From: an uncultured Pseudomonadota bacterium
GTDB taxonomy: Bacteria; SAR324; NAC60-12
DNA length: 12,837 nucleotides
Direction: 5' to 3'
Assembly (NCBI GenBank): GCA_913020725.1
Contig: CAJWCD010000107.1
Coordinates: 1 to 12,837, forward strand
Position 1 is the first letter of the stretch. Each line of letters begins with the position of its first letter. The notes under the pieces were generated by a model. That model saw nothing but the letters and a program-made list of their open reading frames with translations. It did not search any database and was not told where the DNA came from. Below, piece by piece: positions 1 to 6,746 of this stretch. A program made the translations under genes and the position numbers.

Positions 1-26
1 ATGGGACTGGACATCTGAGGACTCAA
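1..26 (-). CDS. probable 5' end of an unidentified gene running off the left edge
   Basis: The minus strand reads AAGGAGG (38-32), 5 nt, then TTG AGT CCT CAG ATG TCC AGT CCC. TTG (26) and ATG (14) are in frame, and an AT-rich promoter-like stretch lies upstream (40-150). Too short to identify. Confidence 0.5.
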
Positions 27-239
27 ACAACCCTCCTTGAGACCTGAATAGTTACATTATTTCAGGATTTAATGGAAAAAATAGCGAGGCGAAAATTTAA
101 GGTTTTCTTCAAAAATACTTCTGACAAACCCGAGGGAAATCTCGTTTATTGCACCAATCGTAGAACTTGCCACTTCCGGAACTACACGCTCCCAGCACAA
201 GCACTGCCAGCAGCAGGATCAAGCTTTTTTGCCGCTGAC

Positions 240-1310
240 TCATGCCATCCTCTTTTGCACACTTTCAAGGACAAGCTCGGCAAAGGCCTCATTTCCTGCC
301 TCCGGAAAAACGTGGGAAAGCCGTTTCCCCAGTGTGCCGGAGTTCCAGCGATTGCGGAAACCGGACCACCACTGAGCATCCAAGTTGACTTGTGACACCA
401 CTTCGACCGCACCAGATCGTTCGAGAGCAGCTGCGTTTTCCTCTTGGTGGGTTCCTGGCAGGGGCACCAGCACAGTGTCCTTGCACAAAACCGCCAGTTC
501 GCCAATAATGCCCATGCCTGCGCGACTGATCACGAGATCGGCTCGCGCCAGCAGGTTTCCCATGCCTTCCGCAACAAATCCGTGGGCGTGATACTCCGGC
601 CAGTTCCCACAGGGGGGGTGGCCGCGTCCGGTGAGGTGAACCACCTGAAACTCGCTGAGCCACAACTCGCACAATTCGGAAACAACCTGATTCAAACCTT
701 GTGCCCCTTGCCCTCCGCCGGTGATGAGCAACACAGGCCGCTGGGGATCGAGACCAAACTGAGCGTTCGCTCTTTCTGCGTCTCCATTCAGAATTTCTGA
801 ACGCACCACAGGACCGATCTGCCGCCAATCCGCAAGCTTGAGAGCAGAGCCAGTTTCCGGAAAGTGGCTGGCGAGGACTTGGCTGACAGGAGCCATTAGC
901 CGATTGGCGAGTCCGGGACGCCAATCCATTTGCAGGAGCACCTGTGGCACACCAAGTGTCCGTGCGGCATAGGCAACGGGGACGCTCACGAAACTTCCTG
1001 CTGAAACCACAACGTGTGGACGGAATTTCCTCAGTTCTTGCCAGCCAATCAGCCCCCCGAGTAAAACTCGGAAGGGATCCGTGAAATTTCGTACATCCCA
1101 GTAGCGGCGTAGTTTTCCGGAGGGAATGCTGTGGAATTCGATCCCCGCCTTTTTCACCAAATCGCGCTCTGGCCCTTGCGGAGTGCCAAGAAAAAGAAAC
1201 TCCGGGTGGAGGGCCGGGCGTTGCCGGAGGGTATGGGCAAGAGCGAGCAACGGGGTGGTCGGACCTCCGGAACCTCCGCCCGTGAGCAAAACCCGAAGTG
1301 CGGAAACCAT
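240..1310 (-). CDS. murG: MurG-family GT28 glycosyltransferase (lipid II GlcNAc transferase), atypical motifs
   Basis: 356 aa. N-terminal TGGGSGG loop, SGKLRRY, GSFVSVPVAYAA, GLANR, TGGGQGA, ADLVISRAG..IGEL and HQEENA match the MurG architecture. Confidence 0.88.
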   Translation of the reverse strand: MVSALRVLLTGGGSGGPTTPLLALAHTLRQRPALHPEFLFLGTPQGPERDLVKKAGIEFHSIPSGKLRRYWDVRNFTDPFRVLLGGLIGWQELRKFRPHVVVSAGSFVSVPVAYAARTLGVPQVLLQMDWRPGLANRLMAPVSQVLASHFPETGSALKLADWRQIGPVVRSEILNGDAERANAQFGLDPQRPVLLITGGGQGAQGLNQVVSELCELWLSEFQVVHLTGRGHPPCGNWPEYHAHGFVAEGMGNLLARADLVISRAGMGIIGELAVLCKDTVLVPLPGTHQEENAAALERSGAVEVVSQVNLDAQWWSGFRNRWNSGTLGKRLSHVFPEAGNEAFAELVLESVQKRMA

Positions 1311-1365
1311 AGGCGTTCAGGACGATCCTGATGGCAGAAGCCGACGGGAGCGAATCTGTGAAGAA

Positions 1366-1869
1366 TCAGGTGCGACTGAGCACCACGCGGGTGTCCTTCG
1401 TGACCTCTTGATAAAAGTCATCGTAAGCATGTCCGCGTTTTTGCAGGATCGTTGCGCGATTGAGCGTGTCTCCAGATTCAAGCTGTGCCAGCACAGTCAA
1501 ACCACGCACGGTTCGCCCCACCAAGGGCAACAGGCTATCCAAGTGCGGAAGCGCCTCGCGGCTCAGGAAAAACTCACTGCCGTTGTCCGCGCCCGTTCCA
1601 GCCAGCCCGAGCATTCCGGGAGCATCAAAACTGAGCTTGCGCGGGAACTCGAGGGGGATGTGGAATCCAGCGCCCATGCCCTGCGCGTTCCGACCAAAAT
1701 TCAAACGCAATTCCGGGGAAGGCCCCCCGAGCTTGGTGCCGTTGAAAAAACCCTGCTCCACCAAGCTAAGGAAGCAGGCTGTGGTGTTGGGTAGTTCGTC
1801 TTCAAAGAGGACGAGGTCGAGAGAACCTTTGGAGGTTTCAAGCTGGATCAGCGGGAGTGGCAGCAGCAT
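1366..1869 (-). CDS. divergent cyclophilin-type peptidyl-prolyl isomerase fold protein
   Basis: 167 aa. LETSKGSLDLVLFEDELPNTTACFLSLVEQGFFNG, PGMLGLAGTG, GSEFFL, PHLD and VGRTVRG..VL..L.SGD follow the cyclophilin pattern, but the FHRV and QGGD motifs are absent. Confidence 0.8.
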   Translation of the reverse strand: MLLPLPLIQLETSKGSLDLVLFEDELPNTTACFLSLVEQGFFNGTKLGGPSPELRLNFGRNAQGMGAGFHIPLEFPRKLSFDAPGMLGLAGTGADNGSEFFLSREALPHLDSLLPLVGRTVRGLTVLAQLESGDTLNRATILQKRGHAYDDFYQEVTKDTRVVLSRT

Positions 1870-1890
1870 GTTTCAAAGTCTGGGTTGACT

Positions 1891-1910
1891 TGCCACTCCG
1901 GAGAGTGGCA
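1891..1910. promoter_or_regulatory. perfect inverted repeat in a divergent promoter region (candidate operator)
   Basis: TGCCACTC-cgga-GAGTGGCA, 21 nt upstream of the cyclophilin-like start codon. Confidence 0.4.
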
Positions 1911-1990
1911 GGATTCTTGTGTGCAAATGGCACAGGCCGTGGTGATCAAGAAAACTATAACGACATGGCAGTAAAAACGAAACACATTTT

Positions 1991-2180
1991 GGAGATGACA
2001 CGGGGCATGTACTCTGCGTGGATGACAACCTTGAACGACCGGCGCAGGTCCGGTCCGGCAGTTGCTCGAGGGCAAGCTTGATGTTGAAGCGACCTGCAAC
2101 GCCTAGGACGGGGTGGGGACGACCCTGATGTGCAAGCCGACGCTTGTCCTCTTCAATCTTGCCGTCCCCCTGTCTGCTCC
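1991..2180 (+). ncRNA. candidate structured RNA (~190 nt; 6S-sized, or a cis-regulatory leader)
   Basis: Hand folding gives: end-to-end stem 1991-2005/2167-2180, hairpin 2006-2020, stem 2021-2035/2152-2166, long hairpin 2041-2103, and stem 2105-2109/2146-2150 enclosing small hairpins. Most G-U pairs favour the + strand. Confidence 0.45.
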
Positions 2181-2210
2181 AGAAACCGATTCCAAGGAGT
2201 GAATCCAGCA

Positions 2211-2597
2211 GTGCGTTTACCCCGTTTTTCGGAGTCAGACCTCACAGCAACCGAGCTGCCTACCGTGGTTCCTGAGCATCCGAATTGGCGGCGACTCGCG
2301 AAAGTTTGGAGTGCAAGGCTTCCCGTTCCGGAACCGACGGGACTCGCCATCTGGCAGCAACTGGCTCTGCTGGGCGTGTGGACCGGCATGCAGGAACGCA
2401 AGCTCGATCCTGCGCGTCCGGAACATCAGGCCGTGTTGCCTCGTGTGTTGGAGGATGTAGGCGGCGCGTTTCAGCAGCTTTGCGAATCCGGTGGCAATCC
2501 GGGCGATGTGACCGTGCGTCGGCAAGTGTATGATTTTGGCATCCAGTGGGCGTACTATCTCGACTGGGATCTCTACATGTCGCAGGAGTTGTACTGA
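2211..2597 (+). CDS. hypothetical protein (~128 aa)
   Basis: ORF 2130-2597. A GTG start at 2211 follows AAGGAG (2194-2199). Composition is protein-like with an aromatic/acidic C-terminus (QVYDFGIQWAYYLDWDLYMSQELY). It converges on pip with a 27-nt gap. Start uncertain. Confidence 0.65.
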   Translation: MRLPRFSESDLTATELPTVVPEHPNWRRLAKVWSARLPVPEPTGLAIWQQLALLGVWTGMQERKLDPARPEHQAVLPRVLEDVGGAFQQLCESGGNPGDVTVRRQVYDFGIQWAYYLDWDLYMSQELY

Positions 2598-2624
2598 ATC
2601 GAGCCGCCGTTATTGCATGCGATT

Positions 2625-3584
2625 CTAGGCAAAGCGCCGCGTGGCACGGATGAACTCGTGGACGATGCCGGGTTCTGAGGCCGCATGTCCGGCGTCCGCA
2701 ACCAGCCGGAATTCTGCTTCGGGCCATGCTCGGTGCAAGTCCCACGCGCTGCGCATCGGCGTAGTGATGTCGTAGCGACCCTGAATGATGATGCCCGGAA
2801 GTTCACGGATGCGATCCATGTTTTCGAGCAGTTGTCCGTCTCGTTCCAAAAATCCTGCATTCATGAAATAGTGGCACTCAATGCGGGCGAAGGCGAGGGC
2901 GAATTCCGGGTTGCCGAAGTTGTTCACACGCTGTGGGTTGGGGTAAAGCGAAAGGGTGCTGGCCTCCCAAGTGCTCCACGCCTGCGCAGCGCGGAGTTGC
3001 TCCATGCGGTCATCGCAGGTGAGCCGACGGTAGTACGCCGCCATCAGGTTGTCGCGCTCCTCCGGAGGGATCGGTTCAAGGAACGCTTCCCAAGCGTCCG
3101 GATAGATGAAGTTCGCGCCCTCCTGATAAAACCAGTGCAACTCCTTGCGACGCAGCAGGAAAATTCCACGCAGGATGAGTTCGCTGACGCGCTCCGGATG
3201 GGTTTGCGCGTAGGCGAGCGAGAGTGTGCTACCCCACGATCCTCCAAACACCAGCCAGCGCTCGATCCCCAAAAACTCCCGCAGTTGCTCCATGTCTGCC
3301 ACAAGGTGCCACATCGTGTTGTCCTCCAGAGACGCATGGGGCGTGCTTTGCCCGCAACCGCGCTGGTCGAACTGCACGATCATGTAAATTGTCGGATCGA
3401 AGTAGCGCCGATACTCCGGCTGCGAACCCCCGCCCGGCCCTCCGTGGACCACCAGCGCGGGTTTGCCGTTGGGATTCCCGGAGACCTCGTAGTAGATGCA
3501 GTGCAACTCAGAAACCTGCAGGTGCCCCGACTGGCGCGACTGGAGATAAGGGTAGGGTTTGAGCAGTTCCGGGAGTATGCGCAT
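2625..3584 (-). CDS. pip: proline iminopeptidase (peptidase S33, alpha/beta hydrolase)
   Basis: HGGPGGG, FDQRGCGQS.P, GGSWGS nucleophile elbow, LRGIF, ARIECHYF, QGRYD and AGH. Start placed at ATG 3584 to avoid overlapping the upstream thioredoxin gene. Confidence 0.95.
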   Translation of the reverse strand: MRILPELLKPYPYLQSRQSGHLQVSELHCIYYEVSGNPNGKPALVVHGGPGGGSQPEYRRYFDPTIYMIVQFDQRGCGQSTPHASLEDNTMWHLVADMEQLREFLGIERWLVFGGSWGSTLSLAYAQTHPERVSELILRGIFLLRRKELHWFYQEGANFIYPDAWEAFLEPIPPEERDNLMAAYYRRLTCDDRMEQLRAAQAWSTWEASTLSLYPNPQRVNNFGNPEFALAFARIECHYFMNAGFLERDGQLLENMDRIRELPGIIIQGRYDITTPMRSAWDLHRAWPEAEFRLVADAGHAASEPGIVHEFIRATRRFA

Positions 3585-3601
3585 TTTACAAAATTCGCGG
3601 G

Positions 3602-4168
3602 TTAGTTGTTGCTGGAAATCCGGGATTTGAGGAACTCCACCAGTTCCAGCTTCGCCCAATCCCGGGGACCGATGGCGCGGCCAATGATCACACCGTCCGG
3701 ATCAACGAGATAGGTGATCGGGAGATTCTTGACCCCGTAGAGTTGCACGATCTTCATGTCGGTGTCCGCGATGATGGGAAAACTGAAGTGGTGTTTTTTG
3801 AGAAACTTGCGGATTTTCTCCTCTGTCTCACCCATCGAGATCGCCAGCACCACCACCTTCCCGCCAGAATCGTTCCAAAGTTCTTCTAAATCCGGCATCT
3901 CCTTCAGACACGGCGTACACCACGTCGCCCAGAAATTAAGCACGACCACCTTGCCGTGATAGTCCGTGAGTTCGATAGCGGTGCCGTCCATCAGCGCGGC
4001 CGAAAAATCATGGGCCTCGATGAAGGTGAAGGGGGCGTCAATGCGGTACTCCTTGAGCAACACACGGTCGTCCTCGCTGAGGGGCACCGAATGCTGGTGA
4101 TCTTCATGGGCGAGGCCCGATCCTGTGAAGAGAACCAGTCCGAGCAGAAAGGCGATGAATCGAATCAT
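3602..4168 (-). CDS. TlpA/ResA-family exported thiol-disulfide oxidoreductase
   Basis: GKVVVLNFWATWCTPCLKEMP active site and LPITYLVDPDG..GPRDW. ATG 4168 begins a signal peptide (MIRFIAFLLGLVLFTGSGLA). Confidence 0.92.
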   Translation of the reverse strand: MIRFIAFLLGLVLFTGSGLAHEDHQHSVPLSEDDRVLLKEYRIDAPFTFIEAHDFSAALMDGTAIELTDYHGKVVVLNFWATWCTPCLKEMPDLEELWNDSGGKVVVLAISMGETEEKIRKFLKKHHFSFPIIADTDMKIVQLYGVKNLPITYLVDPDGVIIGRAIGPRDWAKLELVEFLKSRISSNN

Positions 4169-4221
4169 GAGCAATTGCACAAAATCATAGGGTGGCGCAG
4201 GAGGCGGGGTTCCATCCAGTG

Positions 4222-5256
4222 TCAGATCACGCGCACAAAATCGTGATGCTCGACAAACCCATTTTCGGAGAGCTGCATCGTGAGTTGCCGTTGTCCTACG
4301 GTATCGCCAACCGCGACGCAAATCAACGAACGACGGTAGGATTCCAGAAATTCCGCTGGTGGTGGTTCCGGGAATCCCCACGCAGGCACCCCCTTGAGGC
4401 GGCGATCCGGAGGGCTGGAACGGTTATCGAGAAAACCATGCACCAAAATGTCCCGCGCCTGAAACTGCTCGGCAAGCGTGCGCCCAGAAGGTCCGGCCCC
4501 AGCGATCAGCACGCCATCCCGTCCTTCAAGATAGCCGAATTCGAGCAGATAATGCACTTTTGCCTGAAACATCGCGGGACGTTTGTAAATCGGATCAACG
4601 TGCGAAAGGCGGTCGTGCGCATGGCGCTTGGCGACCAGCACCTCCGGAACCTTGCCGAAGCGCAACCCCGCGCTGGCCGTCCGGAGCAGCAAGTCGTAGT
4701 CCTCCGCCCACGGCTGCACACGATAGCCGCCGAGCGCATCAAAGGTCTCGCGGGGGCCGAAGAAGGTGGGGTGCATGATCGGCGATTCAACGAAGAGATC
4801 GTTACGGATTTGCTCGTGGCTAACGAGCGCGTTGTTCCAATCCTGATAGCGGCGGATGCTGGCGGACACTGGCCCTTCATCCGTGAAGCCCTCAACCTGA
4901 GTGCCGATCAGTCCGCAATCCGGATGCTGTTCGCAAAACGCAGCCTGCCGTTCCAGCCGTTCCGGGCGCATGCGGTCGTCTGCGTCCATGCGGGCGATGA
5001 AGCGGCCCCGGCATTCGGCGAGTCCCGTGTTGAGCGCAGGCACGATGCCCTGCGGCGGCGTGGTGAAAATCCGGAGGCGCGCATCCCGGTCGGCCCATGA
5101 TTTCAGTAAGGCGGGGCTGTCGTCCGTGGAACCGTCATCCACGACGACGAGTTCCCAATCTCTAAGCGTCTGTGCCGCGAGGTCGGTCAGGCATTCCGGA
5201 AGGATGCGGGCGTCATTCCGCACAGGCATGAGGACCGAAACCAGCGGTGCGTTCAT
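4222..5256 (-). CDS. family 2 glycosyltransferase with C-terminal Rossmann-like domain
   Basis: VSVLMPVRN, VVDDGSTD, ALNTGL, IARMDADD, HPT and EDYDL motifs, with a C-terminal VLIAGAGPSG..GFLD. ATGA overlap with the dacB stop codon. Confidence 0.92.
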   Translation of the reverse strand: MNAPLVSVLMPVRNDARILPECLTDLAAQTLRDWELVVVDDGSTDDSPALLKSWADRDARLRIFTTPPQGIVPALNTGLAECRGRFIARMDADDRMRPERLERQAAFCEQHPDCGLIGTQVEGFTDEGPVSASIRRYQDWNNALVSHEQIRNDLFVESPIMHPTFFGPRETFDALGGYRVQPWAEDYDLLLRTASAGLRFGKVPEVLVAKRHAHDRLSHVDPIYKRPAMFQAKVHYLLEFGYLEGRDGVLIAGAGPSGRTLAEQFQARDILVHGFLDNRSSPPDRRLKGVPAWGFPEPPPAEFLESYRRSLICVAVGDTVGQRQLTMQLSENGFVEHHDFVRVI

Positions 5257-6458
5257 CGCCCGAATCCGGCTTTCCGCAATGCCTTGAGGACGGCTTCCCG
5301 CGTGTTCTTGCGCTGGTTGAGCAGGATCGCAAAAGTCTGCCCGTTCGGAAGATACCCCGCTAGTCCGTAGATGCCCCGGAGCGTTCCGGTCTTGACGGGA
5401 ATTTCCTCATTTAGCAGGGGCAGCACCTCCTGATGCGGACGCAGTTCCTCCAACAGCCGAATCACCGCAGCGGGCGTGAGGCGGTTCTTGCGGGAAATGC
5501 CGGAGCCTTCCACGGCCACCACTTCCGTTTTGGGAATCCCCAGTTCCTCGTGCAGGTGATGGCGCAACACCGCCAGCCCTTTTTCCAGAGTCGCAGGGTA
5601 TCCGGAACGGGCGGCTCCTGCGGCAAGCAGCAGTTGGTTCGTGGTGAAGTTGTTGGAGTAGAGCAGCATTCCGGGTAGGATTTCCGCAAGTGTGTTCGGG
5701 TTGAGAAACACAAGCAGTCGGCGATCCTCGGAACTGAGTTTGCGTTCAGAAATCTGCTCTGAAGCAAATGTGAAACCCTCGCGCCCAAGAAAGCTGCGGG
5801 CGAGTCCGGCGAAGTACGGCAGGACGTGTTCGGATTGCCGGGAGAAGTTGATGCGGTGTTTTCCGGATTTGAGTCCTTGGGCCAGCTTAACGGCAAGCGG
5901 AATCAGCGGGGTTTGTGGTTCCATCGAGGTCACGGTTCCATTCTTGACGATGCGGACATAGACCGTGTTGAAGTTTGTAACAAGTGCGCCGTTGCGGGCA
6001 TCGTAGGGGTTGAGCGAATTCTCGATGCCCGGAATCCGCAGCTTGGGGGCAAAGGCCGAGGTGTCGAGCACAATCCCGGCCAAGTTCCGGGGCAGTTCCG
6101 GTCGCGCCGCAAGGGCTTGGGCAATGTCGGGCCACACCTCCGAAATCAGCAGCGGGTCTCCGAACCCCCGGATGCCGAGTTCCCCGTCGCTCGTCAGCCA
6201 GAATTCGGTCTTGAAACGATGCTCCAACCCCAGCGTCCGGATCGCCAGCGAGGTGGTCGCCAGCTTGAGCAGCGAGGCGGGAGCCAGCAAATCGTTGCAG
6301 CCCTTCGGGTACTGAAACACTGGTTCCGTGCCTTCCGCCACCCAAACGCAACCGTGCTTGACCAAACGCTTGAGCTTCGCTTCAAGGGGAGCGGCATTAG
6401 TGTTAGTAGCAATCCCGAAGATCAAAATTGCTAGAAAACTAAAGAGGCGGAGGAACAC
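5253..6458 (-). CDS. dacB: D-alanyl-D-alanine carboxypeptidase/endopeptidase (PBP4, peptidase S13)
   Basis: PASLLK (SxxK), GFGDPLL, SNN (SxN), EGSGISR.N and KTGTL. A signal peptide starts at GTG 6458 (alternative TTG 6485). The ORF extension to 6641 overlaps hicB and is unlikely to be translated. Confidence 0.9.
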   Translation of the reverse strand: MFLRLFSFLAILIFGIATNTNAAPLEAKLKRLVKHGCVWVAEGTEPVFQYPKGCNDLLAPASLLKLATTSLAIRTLGLEHRFKTEFWLTSDGELGIRGFGDPLLISEVWPDIAQALAARPELPRNLAGIVLDTSAFAPKLRIPGIENSLNPYDARNGALVTNFNTVYVRIVKNGTVTSMEPQTPLIPLAVKLAQGLKSGKHRINFSRQSEHVLPYFAGLARSFLGREGFTFASEQISERKLSSEDRRLLVFLNPNTLAEILPGMLLYSNNFTTNQLLLAAGAARSGYPATLEKGLAVLRHHLHEELGIPKTEVVAVEGSGISRKNRLTPAAVIRLLEELRPHQEVLPLLNEEIPVKTGTLRGIYGLAGYLPNGQTFAILLNQRKNTREAVLKALRKAGFGR

Positions 6459-6660
6459 AGGCTGAAGAAAAAACAGAGTGGTCAATACGACATTGCAGAC
6501 TATCCTCGCGACGGTCCAGCAGCAGGAGTTCAACCGCTTCGGCAAGGTTTTGCTTGGCATCTTCTGCGGTTTTCCCCTGACCGTTTGCTCCGGGCACCTC
6601 GGGACAGAAGGCAATGTATCCCCCTTCCTCAGCACTTTCAATCACAGCAGTAAACTCCAT
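6439..6660 (-). CDS. hicB: short HicB-family (UPF0150) antitoxin, no intact partner toxin
   Basis: MEFTAVIESAEEGGYIAFCPEVPGANGQGKTAEDAKQNLAEAVELLL is the HicB N-terminal fold pattern. ATG 6660 is preceded by AGGAAGAGGT; an alternative ATG lies at 6693. Confidence 0.85.
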   Translation of the reverse strand: MEFTAVIESAEEGGYIAFCPEVPGANGQGKTAEDAKQNLAEAVELLLLDRREDSLQCRIDHSVFSSACVPPPL

Positions 6661-6746
6661 GACCTCTTCCTGTTCGTAAGGGTTCACTTTCATATCCTAT
6701 CCTATCGCATCACTCCGGCTTTGCAAATCATCAGGAGGCTACCGCT

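Noticed and set aside
121..150. GACAAACCCGAGG-GAAA-TCTCG hairpin resembling the start of a c-di-GMP-I riboswitch
   Set aside because: The following GG.ACGCAAA and P2 elements are absent, and it faces away from the nearby gene start.
1317..1331. TCAGGA-cga-TCCTGA hairpin upstream of murG
   Set aside because: A 6-bp stem with no U-tract is too weak to call a terminator or regulator.
1890..1911. CIRCE (HrcA) operator
   Set aside because: The arms only resemble TTAGCACTC, and the spacer is 4 nt rather than the invariant 9.
2001..2145. FMN riboswitch, SRP RNA, tmRNA or hammerhead identity for the structured element
   Set aside because: Only fragments match (CGGGGCA, GACCGGCG, GCCGACG, CAGGTCCGG, CTGATG). 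The required spacing and remaining core motifs are missing.
2685..3605. 306-aa plus-strand ORF
   Set aside because: Antisense shadow of pip with no recognisable motifs.
4192..5100. 302-aa plus-strand ORF
   Set aside because: Antisense shadow of the GT2 gene in GC-rich DNA.
6459..6641. N-terminal extension of the dacB ORF
   Set aside because: It overlaps hicB in another frame and precedes the signal peptide, so it is unlikely to be translated.
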